DNA of 64,000 nt, from assembly GCA_963662665.2 (NCBI GenBank), contig CAXXJS010000030.1:1-64000 (forward strand). Reading direction: 5' to 3'. The translations under genes were made by a program, and so were the position numbers. The DNA is from Candidatus Latescibacterota bacterium (GTDB lineage: Bacteria > Latescibacterota > UBA2968 > GCA-2709665). Shown one piece after another: positions 10,564-20,148 of the stretch. The notes under the pieces were generated by a model, which worked only from the letters and a program-made list of their open reading frames with translations, was not told the DNA's origin and did no database searches. Within the stretch, counting starts at the first letter, position 1; each line of letters opens with the position of its first letter.

Positions 10564-13239
10564 TCATCGGTTTATGGTTCTAACGATACGCCCCTGCGGG
10601 TCAACCACGTAGATCGGTTCATTCATCAGCGCGGCACCGCAGGTGAGCTTTGGCTCGGCGAAGCTAGGCGAACCCGTGGGCCATATCTGCCGGCGATCTG
10701 GAAGATCGGATGTAGTGCCGAGGCCCCAGATGCGTTTGGCACCTTCAAAACGATCCGTACGGCGGCCGTCTCCGAGAATCGAGAAAGGGACATCCCAGAC
10801 GATTCCCTGTCCGTAGATGTCTACGTTGCGTGACGGAGATATAGTGTGCCGTGTGAGATCGAGAACGGGGTCGGGGGCCGAGGGCTGGCTTTCTGCAATC
10901 GTCGCCGCCAACTTACTGCCGGCGGCACCGGGTAGGGTATAGGTATCGGCCTGCGTGGCATCCACGCCGTAGCCGAGATCAGCCAGAGACTGGACCGTGA
11001 TCGCGCTTAGCGAACCGCCACCACTTGGCAACATGAGCTCGTTCTCTAGCACGGAATTCCTCCAGTGCGCCCCATCCATCTGCTGAACAGGAACCCTATT
11101 ACCCGCGTAGTGCCGTCCACCCGCGTCGTTAAAGGCGGTTATCGCCAGCGGTCCGCTGAAGTGCGTGTCGGCATTCGGATCGTACTGAGAGTAATCCTTA
11201 AGGAGGCCGCGGTCTCTCCATAAAGTACCGAATCCCAAGACGTGTGCGACCTCGTGAAGCCCTGTAATCAGCAAATTCGCCCGTTCCAGATTGATTTGAA
11301 TACATCCCAGGACTGGCATATGGGTCGCGTCGCGTAACAACTTTGGTTGACCCCGCCCTGTAGCAATTTCGCTTTCAAACGTGTTCAAATAGATCCGAAG
11401 GTCGTCTATGCGTTCCCCCGCCGGTATCTCAAAGGAATGATCGCCGCACGTACCCGACCAACCCTCGGTAAATTCATGATCCGGGAGGTCCTCCGTAATG
11501 ACCCCCATCCAGCGCCGGGCCACGTATTGGAGTACGTTCTGCTGACGTTCATTGAAAAGGTCAGAGAAAACGAGCTCGATGTCGTAGTCACCCTTGCCGA
11601 ACGTGTCGAAGAGTACCTCAACGCCGCGGCTCTTGAGCTCGGGAATATGATCGAAAACGGAGGCGTTGCCGAGGGGGTTACCCCGAAGCTCCAGACTTTC
11701 CAGTCCAGTCAAGCCCATCAGTGGCGAGACATCGGTAATGCGGTTGAACTCGAGCTCCAACTCAGTCAGACGGATCAGGCCTCCAAGTGCCGAAACGTCT
11801 GTGAGATCGTTTGTTCCCAGACGCAGCCGTGTTAGATTGGTCAAGCCGGCTAGCGGCGACAGGTCCGTGATTTGGTTGTTAGGAAGGTACAGCTCCGCCA
11901 GGTTGGCCAGACCGGCCAGCGGCGATATATCCGTTATGTTGTTCAGTCCAAGATGCAGCTCCGTCAGGTTGGTCAAGCCCGCCAGCAATGAGATGTCCGT
12001 AATGCCGGAATCAACAAGACTCAATCTAGTCAAGTTGATCAACCCCGTCAGTATGGATGCCAGGGTCGACGGATTCATAGTCTCGATTGAACTAATACCC
12101 AGATGTGTTAAGTTCGTCAGGCCTGCCAACATCGACAGGTCCGTGATGGGGTTGCCATCAATTTCTAAAGATGTCAGGTTGGCCAAACCGGCCAGCGGCG
12201 ATATACTCGTGATGTCGTTATACCACATGACCAAGGTCGAAAGGTTGGTCAAGTCGGCTAGCGGCGACACGTCCGTGATGAGATTGCCACCAATTCCCAG
12301 AAATGTCAGGTTGGCCAAACCGGCCAGCGACGAAATATCCGTGATGTTGTTATCCCACATGACCAAGGTCGAAAGGTTGGTCAAGCCGGCTAACGGCGAC
12401 ACGTCCGTGATACTGTTGCCATAAGCCCACAGTTCCGTCAGGTTGGTCAAGCCCGCCAGCGGCGAGATATCCGTAATGTCGTTGAATCCAAGAGACATAT
12501 AGATCAGGTTGGTCAAGCCTTCGAGCGGCGACAGATCGGATGCACGATTGGATTGAATATCCAGCCTTTCCAGATTGGTCAAGCCTGACAGTGGCGACAG
12601 ATCCGATATGTTGTTCCATCCAAAATACAGCACAGTCAGATTGGTCAAGCCTGACAGTGGCGACAGATCCGATATGTTGTTCGACGGAAATTGCAGCACA
12701 GTCAGATTCGTCAGGCCTGAGAGCGGCGACAGATCGGTGATGTGGTTGATATCAAGGTATAACTCCTTCAGGTTGACGGCGGCTTCCAACCCGTTCAGAT
12801 CGCTGATGCCACGCCTGGCCACATAGAGGAAATCATCCAACGACTTCATATCAGCAACGGTGATCTGGGCCCCGGGGCCCTTGCGTAAAGCCTCCGCAAT
12901 CTCCGCCCTCAGGTTGGCGTCGGGGATGGTGACCACCGGGGAGGGTGCGTCTTTACCAAAGTTCTGCGCGAAGATCACAAAGTCCGAGAAACCGATCTCG
13001 CCGTCACCGTTCAGATCATAGGTGGCGTCGTACTTCGCGTCACCCTGCCGCGCACCGAACACACCCGCAAAAATCACAAAATCGCCGAAACCGATCGTGC
13101 CGTCGCCGTCGAAATCCGGAATAGACGCGGTATCGTCGCCGTTGGCATCCATGGTGATCGCAAGTATCGTCGCGGCGTTACATACGATTGCCAGCAGCGC
13201 GAGGGCGGTAATGAACACAGTTCTATTTCCGGATTGCAT
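10564..13239 (-). CDS. Secreted dockerin/EF-hand + internalin-type LRR (~17 x 22 aa) + leishmanolysin(M8)-like peptidase
   Basis: 891-aa ORF. IPDANLRA N-cap, LxxLxLxxNxITDISPLAGLTN repeats, HEVAHVLGFG, AHW..ELM, C-terminal PIYVVDPQGRIVRTINR. Confidence 0.92.
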   Translation of the reverse strand: MQSGNRTVFITALALLAIVCNAATILAITMDANGDDTASIPDFDGDGTIGFGDFVIFAGVFGARQGDAKYDATYDLNGDGEIGFSDFVIFAQNFGKDAPSPVVTIPDANLRAEIAEALRKGPGAQITVADMKSLDDFLYVARRGISDLNGLEAAVNLKELYLDINHITDLSPLSGLTNLTVLQFPSNNISDLSPLSGLTNLTVLYFGWNNISDLSPLSGLTNLERLDIQSNRASDLSPLEGLTNLIYMSLGFNDITDISPLAGLTNLTELWAYGNSITDVSPLAGLTNLSTLVMWDNNITDISSLAGLANLTFLGIGGNLITDVSPLADLTNLSTLVMWYNDITSISPLAGLANLTSLEIDGNPITDLSMLAGLTNLTHLGISSIETMNPSTLASILTGLINLTRLSLVDSGITDISLLAGLTNLTELHLGLNNITDISPLAGLANLAELYLPNNQITDLSPLAGLTNLTRLRLGTNDLTDVSALGGLIRLTELELEFNRITDVSPLMGLTGLESLELRGNPLGNASVFDHIPELKSRGVEVLFDTFGKGDYDIELVFSDLFNERQQNVLQYVARRWMGVITEDLPDHEFTEGWSGTCGDHSFEIPAGERIDDLRIYLNTFESEIATGRGQPKLLRDATHMPVLGCIQINLERANLLITGLHEVAHVLGFGTLWRDRGLLKDYSQYDPNADTHFSGPLAITAFNDAGGRHYAGNRVPVQQMDGAHWRNSVLENELMLPSGGGSLSAITVQSLADLGYGVDATQADTYTLPGAAGSKLAATIAESQPSAPDPVLDLTRHTISPSRNVDIYGQGIVWDVPFSILGDGRRTDRFEGAKRIWGLGTTSDLPDRRQIWPTGSPSFAEPKLTCGAALMNEPIYVVDPQGRIVRTINR

Positions 13240-14261
13240 TTTCTGCTCTCCTGGCTATCGGGATTGAATGAACGCCCCGGTGACTTTAACCAAAATAGCC
13301 CTTCCCCGAAACGTCAACTTCTTTGCGTTATCCACCAATGTGCAATGTAAAGGGAAATACCAGTCAGAACAGGAAATTTGCCCCACGTTCACAAATTGCC
13401 TCGATCTCCAGTTTTTCTCGATTTGACTGCATTTGCCATTAGGTGCACGACGCTCAATTGAGAAATCGACCAACTGAAGTCGCCGGAGTAGCGAATCGGA
13501 GAACGGAGTCATTACGACTGATACCGCCGGGCGTCTATCGGAATGGACTGCAAGATCAACACCTGTTCAACGCCGGGTACGTCGATGACGCATTTGGCCG
13601 CTTGTGCTGAGGAGCAACTGTTGAGATGTATTTCCTTACATGACGGCGGAACATAACCTCGGGTGGCGTTCAGGCTTTGAAAACGGCTACCTTTGGCTAT
13701 CTGAAGCTGTGTACATCCTCTATGATGCAAGTGACGGCAGGCCTCGAAGAGGTCTAAGATAGCGGCGTGCGTTTGTTGGATCTTTAGGCGCGACCCAATT
13801 GGAGCCGACCTCCAGGATGATTGTGTTGTTAATTGCTACAGTTGTCTGCCTCTTACTGATGCAACGTCAGTGTATGCCCGATTGTGAATTCCTCGAAACG
13901 GATGATTACGTCTACGTAATCAGACGGAGTCGATCCCTTTTTGACCGATAGACTCAGTAAGTCGACGTACGCGTTGATTGGGGCCGAAATACCTGGTTGT
14001 GTATTTCGGATGGAAATTTCGAGCTGTTCAATCGGCGAAGGTGGCCCTACTCCATCGTAAGTGTATATTCGCGGCGTATTTGCACCGTACGCCACTCATG
14101 ATGATCTCCGCCGCCAGTCGGTATTCACCGCGGCTTCTCGGCAGCGCTCTCGGAATCCCGCGCCACCGCGAAGACCGACTCGACCGTCGGCGTCGTCCGC
14201 CTCCCCGCTTTTAAACGGCTCCCCCTGCGGTTCGTTTACCATGCCGTGAATCTGGTGGGAC

Positions 14262-16676
14262 TCAAAATGGTTCGCCCCCATAATACCAAAGATTGATTAC
14301 TTCATCGGCGGCTTCTGCAATGCCGGGAGAGGCATCCTCAACAAAGGCTTTTTGCACGTAGCACACGCCCCTCTCCACGCCCGCGCACTCATCATCATGT
14401 TCGAGATTGCTCATCTTCATGTACAGGCTTCCGAAGCCTTTCCGAAATTCCGTGTCTCCCAAGCGTTTATACAAATTCCAGAATAGGCCAGATCCCATGT
14501 TGTAATTACATGACGACCTATAGACGGCGCCACCCTTGAGGTTCTCATCAGGGCTGGCAGTATACGTCTTCTGGTCCAACTCTCCTATGGTGTCGAACAG
14601 ACTACAGCGGGTGTCGCTGGGCGAGGTGGGGGGGGCGCCTACTAGGTTGTCATATGGGAAGTCATCCATGAATGTGGCAGCGCCTTCAGCAATCCAGGTG
14701 AATGGCGTGAAAGTAATCCCTTTTGAATACGCGGCTTGCCACCACGCGGATGGAATACTCCAGTAAGCATGAGCAAGCTCGTGGGTGAGAAGGTAAACGT
14801 CTTCCTCGAATCCCGGGTTAAGCGTAACAATCCCATTTCCAGCGCTTGCTCCTAGCCCCCCCACGGATTCCACGTTGAATATGAACGACATCTTGTAGGG
14901 GTAGGCCACATTCATGAAAGCCTCGTATTGACGGAGTATTTCTTCCATCATGTCTAATGTGCGAAACGTGCCAGGAGTGACGCGGAGAACCGTCAGGGTC
15001 GTTTCCCCGGCCAGGGGAAACACTATTGTCCGCTCTTGCAGATACACCCGATCGGGGTCCAAAAGAATAAGTCGACTTTCCACAGTTTCCGGCGAAAATT
15101 TGGCTATCCGCCACAGCCCCGCTAAAACCACGGTGTCCTTGTCCGTGATGCCTCCACTCAATGAAGGGTGGTCAAGAACCGGTTCGAGATAGCGCCCGTC
15201 CATCTGAAAGTCCAGGAAGTTCAGACAACGCACTGCATAGTAATCAAGAGTTTCGAACGTATCAATAAAAGGCATTTTTAGAATTCGCAAGGTGGTTTCA
15301 ACGCTGCGCTCTCTTCCCGGTCTGCTGGCCATGCGGATCAGCTCTTCAATCATAAAGGCTTCGTCCGCAGTCAGTCCGTCTCCGATCCAGGGTTTCTCCA
15401 GCAAAGCAGAGAACACTTCTTCGGTACGCAGCGCCGCCTTAGTCAAGGTCGACACGGCGTAGGATTCGGATGCGCCGACGCCGTCCCGGATCCAGGACAA
15501 CGCCGCCAGGGCAGCGTATTCATCAGGGTTTTGGGCCCCCACTTCCTCCAACAGCTTTTCGACTCTCGATCTGTCCCAGACCGTCACCAATCTGGACCGG
15601 GAGCAGTTGTTTCGGGTATTGCTCTCGCCTGTAACGGTCGCCACACAAGCGCCGTAGTAGTAAACGCCCTCACTCGACGGGGCGGTCACGCTGAGCGACG
15701 CGGCACTGGCGCCAGACGCCGCAAGGCTACTTACGGCATCGCTGTCAATCAGCGTATCCTGCATGGAAATCGTCCGGTTGGTCGAGCGGTAGAACCGCAA
15801 GGTCGCGGCCGCCGCCGCACCCGTGCCCTGGTTGCGTACCGCAGCCCTCAATGTGAAGGATTGCCCCGGGGTCAGGGTACTGTCGCTGACCGAGGGCGAT
15901 TCAACTATCAAATCCGGGCTACTGGGAGGCGGAGAGGGGGTAAGAGAAACGCGGACCCCCCTTTCCCGGAGCGTCGGGACGTGGGTACTCAGGGATTCAG
16001 CGTTTAGTGGGTTGTCAGTGACGTCAACTGTACCTCCCGTGCCCAGGCTCGTGTTCGCCGACAGGCCAGCGAGGTCGGCAATGTTGTTGCTTGAAAGGAT
16101 CACGTGTGTCAAGTTCGTCAAATCTACCAAGACTGATACGTTGGTGATATCGTTGGAAGCAAGATCCAGCCATGTCAGGTTAACGGCATACTCCAGTCCG
16201 GTCAGGTCGGTGATGTCCGCATCGCTGGCTGCAAGACTGTCCAACGTCGCCAGTTCGGCCGCTGTGACCGGCGCGCCGCTGGCCTTGCCCAGGGCGTCTT
16301 CGATCACAGCGCGAAGGTTGGCGTCGGGGATGGTGACGACCGGTGAAGGGGCATCTCTGCCGAAGTTTTCAGCGAAGATTAAAAAGTCCGAGAAGCCGAT
16401 CTCGCTGTCACCGTTCAGATCATACGTGGCGTCGTACTTCGCGTCACCCTGGCGTGCTCCAAACACACCCGCAAAGATCACAAAATCGCCAAAGCCGATA
16501 GTCCCGTCGCCGTCAAAGTCCGGAATGGACGCAATATCGTCGCCATTGGCAACGACGCTGGTCGCAAGTGCTGGCACATCGCCATCGCTTGCATCGGCAC
16601 CCATCGCGGCGTTACATACGATTGCCAGCAGCGTCAGCGCGGCAATATAGATTAGGCCTTTCGAGGAAGTCATCAT
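14262..16676 (-). CDS. Secreted dockerin/EF-hand + short LRR + CARDB + gluzincin-like peptidase
   Basis: Start MMTSSKG chosen by paralogy with 8073. IPDANLRA cap, ~3 LRRs, PDLIVESPSVS..YYYGACV..NNCS, then THELAHAYW...WIAEGAATF. Confidence 0.88.
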   Translation of the reverse strand: MMTSSKGLIYIAALTLLAIVCNAAMGADASDGDVPALATSVVANGDDIASIPDFDGDGTIGFGDFVIFAGVFGARQGDAKYDATYDLNGDSEIGFSDFLIFAENFGRDAPSPVVTIPDANLRAVIEDALGKASGAPVTAAELATLDSLAASDADITDLTGLEYAVNLTWLDLASNDITNVSVLVDLTNLTHVILSSNNIADLAGLSANTSLGTGGTVDVTDNPLNAESLSTHVPTLRERGVRVSLTPSPPPSSPDLIVESPSVSDSTLTPGQSFTLRAAVRNQGTGAAAAATLRFYRSTNRTISMQDTLIDSDAVSSLAASGASAASLSVTAPSSEGVYYYGACVATVTGESNTRNNCSRSRLVTVWDRSRVEKLLEEVGAQNPDEYAALAALSWIRDGVGASESYAVSTLTKAALRTEEVFSALLEKPWIGDGLTADEAFMIEELIRMASRPGRERSVETTLRILKMPFIDTFETLDYYAVRCLNFLDFQMDGRYLEPVLDHPSLSGGITDKDTVVLAGLWRIAKFSPETVESRLILLDPDRVYLQERTIVFPLAGETTLTVLRVTPGTFRTLDMMEEILRQYEAFMNVAYPYKMSFIFNVESVGGLGASAGNGIVTLNPGFEEDVYLLTHELAHAYWSIPSAWWQAAYSKGITFTPFTWIAEGAATFMDDFPYDNLVGAPPTSPSDTRCSLFDTIGELDQKTYTASPDENLKGGAVYRSSCNYNMGSGLFWNLYKRLGDTEFRKGFGSLYMKMSNLEHDDECAGVERGVCYVQKAFVEDASPGIAEAADEVINLWYYGGEPF

Positions 16677-17070
16677 TCGATCCATCCTGTTCGGGACTAC
16701 CGGATTTCTACTCAGACCCATTCAATCTGACGGAACCCGTATGCCGGGTTACATTACTGCAACCGCCTCGGTTACGGACGCCGACTTCGTTGTCGGTTAT
16801 CGTGCATCCAGCAATGGTACTCAATGCGAAGCCGGCGTTCAACACCGTTTGTTTGGCGACACGTCCAGGATTTGTCGTGGATTCCACTAATTTCGATATG
16901 CGGAAAGGGAAATTGATTCGATGGAGTGAAATCCCCGCAGGCGCGTTGCGGGGTCCGAAGCGTAGGGGCAGGTTTCCAACCTGCCCTAGCAATCCGATGT
17001 CCACGGATGCGTGGGACATAGTATACTGTCTGCCGGGTTTAGGCGGAGAGATCCTTACTTCCGTACCTAG

Positions 17071-18702
17071 GAGTCTGCGCCGCAGGAAAATTCATTTCAA
17101 TGGACATGTAGTTGTAGGTATAATGGGTCGTGTAGTTGGTATATGTCAAGGGTATCGTTGTGTGTTATGTCAGGGGAGGGAGCGATCCATGCCGACAACG
17201 TTTCGACCGTATCACCCGGACCAGATATTGCTGTTGGCGCCGGATCTTCGGGAGTGGGTGCCTGAAGGTCATCTGTCGCACCAGGTGAGCGATCTGGTGG
17301 ATTCCCTGGATCTGGGGTCGTTCTACGCGCCCTATGAAGGCGATGGTCGTCGCAACGCGCCATATGATCCATCGATGATGTTGAAGGTATTGATCTATGG
17401 GTACGCGACGGGAGTGTATTCGTCTCGAGCGATCGCTGGGAAGCTGGAGGAGGACGTGGCGTTTCGTATGTTGGCGGCGGGCAATTTCCCACAACACCGG
17501 ACGATCTGCGAGTTTCGGCGTCGTCACCTGGAAGATTTCGGGCGTTTGTTCGTGGAGGTGGTTGGTGTGGCACGGGAGATGGGCCTGGTACGTTTCGGGA
17601 CGTTATCTTTAGACGGCACGAAGGTACGAGCGAAGGCCAGCAAGCGCAAGGCCATGAGTTACGAGCGGATGTTGAAGGAACAGGCTCGTCTGGAGAAAGA
17701 GATCGGGGCGTTGCTTTCGGGTGCTGTGTCGATTGATGCCGAGGAGGATGCACGTTACGGCGTGGATGTTCGTGGCGACGAGTTGCCGGTCGAGTTGCAG
17801 CGCAGGCAGGCTCGTCTGGCGGCGATCAGGGCGGCGAGGGAGCGTCTGGAAGCATCGCAACGAGCCGTCGACGATGCGCGCGGGCGCAAACCGGGTCAGA
17901 AGCGCAACCCGAAGGGCGGGCGGCCTTACAAAAGAGCCTATGGCGAGCCCGACCCGAAGGCTCAGAGCAACTTCACGGACCCCGAGTCTCGGATCATGAA
18001 GACGAGCGCGGAGGGGTTCCAGCAGTGCTACAACGCGCAGACGGTGGTGGACGCCGAGCGTCAGATCATCGTGGCTGTGCATCTGGGGTCACAGGCCACC
18101 GATCAGGGCTTTATGCTCCCCTTGCTGGATGGTGTGCAAGAGACATTCGGGGTCAAGCCGGACGCGGTTCTGGCGGATGCGGGCTACTGCAACGAGGAGG
18201 ACCTGGCCACGCTTGAGGAGCGTGGCATTGATGGTTACGTGGCGCTGGGGCGGGAGGGCAAGGAAAAGGTGGACGTCGATTCGGAGACGCTTCCGGCGAC
18301 CCATCGCATGGGCGAGAAGCTCACCAGCCCGGAAGGTCGGGGCCTGTATGCGAAGCGCAAGTGGCTCTCGGAGGCGCCCAACGGATGGATCAAGGAGGTA
18401 TTGGGCTTCCGGCGCTTCAGCTTCCGGGGGCTGGAAAAGGTGCGTGCCGAGTGGGATCTGGTCTGCCTCGCGTTGAACGTCAAGCGGATGGCAGCGTTGT
18501 CGATGTGTTGAAGCATGGGTTCGGGTGTCCTGTCCTTATGGACTCGACATACGGGAAACCACGATCCCTGGAATCTCGCCCTCAACACGCCTGCCTGCAA
18601 CGATCACCGTACCCAAAACTCATCATACCACTCCCAACATAACGACCAACCCGACTCACGGACACACCTCGCCCTTTGTAAAAACTCCTGCGGCGCAGAC
18701 TC
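17071..18702 (+). mobile_element. IS1182-family insertion sequence
   Basis: 17-bp terminal IRs GAGTCTGCGCCGCAGGA (17071-17087) and TCCTGCGGCGCAGACTC (18686-18702). CTAG target duplication at 17067-17070 and 18703-18706. Confidence 0.95.
17189..18511 (+). CDS. IS1182-family DDE transposase
   Basis: MPTTFRPYHPDQ..., YDPSMMLKVLIYGYATGVYSSR, LDGTKVRA, TDPESRIMK, LADAGY, GFRRFSFRG; GGGAG RBS upstream. Confidence 0.95.
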   Translation: MPTTFRPYHPDQILLLAPDLREWVPEGHLSHQVSDLVDSLDLGSFYAPYEGDGRRNAPYDPSMMLKVLIYGYATGVYSSRAIAGKLEEDVAFRMLAAGNFPQHRTICEFRRRHLEDFGRLFVEVVGVAREMGLVRFGTLSLDGTKVRAKASKRKAMSYERMLKEQARLEKEIGALLSGAVSIDAEEDARYGVDVRGDELPVELQRRQARLAAIRAARERLEASQRAVDDARGRKPGQKRNPKGGRPYKRAYGEPDPKAQSNFTDPESRIMKTSAEGFQQCYNAQTVVDAERQIIVAVHLGSQATDQGFMLPLLDGVQETFGVKPDAVLADAGYCNEEDLATLEERGIDGYVALGREGKEKVDVDSETLPATHRMGEKLTSPEGRGLYAKRKWLSEAPNGWIKEVLGFRRFSFRGLEKVRAEWDLVCLALNVKRMAALSMC

Positions 18703-19070
18703 CTAGCGCGGCTTCGCTATGCTCAGCCACAACCAAACAGGTGGCAATGATCGGGGGAGCCCGTTTGAAGGTTCAATCACTCCCCCCTTGAGGGGGAATC
18801 GCAGAAGCCGAGCCGATCCCTGAGCATGCGTTGCCCTGAGCCTGTCGAAGGGTCGAAGGGCCGGCGACGGCTGATGCGGTGGGGGGATTTCAACGCCTTA
18901 CCGTATACAAGCAGCATGAACAAACATGTAAGCAACTTGCGTTGAAGTCTCACTGAAAGACAAAACCGGCAGAACGACGTTGATGCGGGCAGACAGGAGT
19001 GTCCGCCTCGCCTTCAGGCAAGTTTCCTCAGGGTGTTGGCGCAATGCTGAAAACGGTGCTTTGACAAACA

Positions 19071-19103
19071 AGAAGGGTCGAGGCGCATGGTCTCGACCCT
19101 TCT
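19071..19103. terminator. Terminator-like hairpin, module copy 4
   Basis: AGAAGGGTCGAG...CTCGACCCTTCT. Confidence 0.65.
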
Positions 19104-19292
19104 CTCTAATAGATGACCGCTCAGACGCATTTGGCGATCTGTAGATGTATCTCAGCGAACTGTAAGGCGGGATCCAGGTCTTTCGGCCCGGAAACGCAAG
19201 GAATCGGGGGCGTATGGTGCGGATGAATCGATCGTTCCGGTCAATCGCGTAATTCGGATTCATCCGGTTTCGTGGACGATTTCTGTTGACAC

Positions 19293-20093
19293 CTAATCGG
19301 AGCCAGGCTCCTCTTCCCCCGTTGCTGTCAGCTCGCGGATTCGGGCGACAATTGCCTCGACGGTCTCGATCACCGCCGAAAGCAGCGCATCACGATCCTC
19401 GATGACAATCTGTACGCCTGCATAGCGGTATTGCACGGCGTATTCGGTCAGCCACGCCAGCCGTTCGCCGGCGGGGGTGCCGATTTCGGCGGGATGCTGC
19501 CTCACGATCGCGGCCAGGTCCGCCAGATCGTGTGTATTACCATAGTCTGCGTCGAGCGCGGAAATCCAGCCCTTCAGGGCGTTTTCAAGTGCCTGTTGTG
19601 CGGTAAACCCAATGAGTTCCTGAGAAGACCGGGGATTTTCCGTGAGCACTTCCAGATCGCTGAGACAGCGCCTGGCATTGGCAATGCGCTGCTTAACGTC
19701 GGGCCAGTTGCTCGGCTCCGGATTGTTGTAATTTGCCTTATCGCCATTGGTGTCGAATCCGTCGCGGACGGCCTGGCCCGCCACGTGGTTGCGCGCGCGA
19801 CGACCGGAATGGAAATCTCTTTCACTCATTTGGACGAGATCGACGCCGATAGAACCGCCGTACAGCTCTGCGGCCTTGCCATGAGCGATCGAACTGGCGC
19901 GCTGGTACGAGCCATTGTCCATGGTATCGGAGTCTGTAATGACGAGCAGATCGACGTCCGAATCCAGAGTGTAGTCGCCCCGTGCGCGCGAGCCGAACAG
20001 GATGACCCGGTCCGGGTGGACCGCCTCGCCAACGGCGCGAGCGACGGCGCAGGCTTTCGGGTCTGGTGAGTTGTGTGTGGGGAGCCTTGCCAT
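19293..20093 (-). CDS. Fused minimal nucleotidyltransferase (MNT)-HEPN protein, copy 1
   Basis: LFGSRARGD..SDVDLLVI (MNT) plus GFTAQQALENALKG..THDLADL..YAVQYRY (HEPN). Confidence 0.88.
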   Translation of the reverse strand: MARLPTHNSPDPKACAVARAVGEAVHPDRVILFGSRARGDYTLDSDVDLLVITDSDTMDNGSYQRASSIAHGKAAELYGGSIGVDLVQMSERDFHSGRRARNHVAGQAVRDGFDTNGDKANYNNPEPSNWPDVKQRIANARRCLSDLEVLTENPRSSQELIGFTAQQALENALKGWISALDADYGNTHDLADLAAIVRQHPAEIGTPAGERLAWLTEYAVQYRYAGVQIVIEDRDALLSAVIETVEAIVARIRELTATGEEEPGSD

Positions 20094-20148
20094 TGTAGAC
20101 GTAATCCTTCTGCGCCGAGAGGCGTTCCGACTTGACTGAGACCTCGGC

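Noticed and set aside
11670-12840. CRISPR-like 66-bp periodicity
   Set aside because: These are in-frame coding LRR units, and no cas genes are present.
16568-17188. 207-aa N-terminal extension of the IS1182 transposase
   Set aside because: It crosses the IS boundary into host repeat block A; the true start with RBS is at 17189.
1-20110. Diversity-generating retroelement or integron as driver of the array
   Set aside because: No reverse transcriptase or integrase in the window. Repeat differences are not adenine-specific, and the hairpins lack attC RYYYAAC/GTTRRRY ends.
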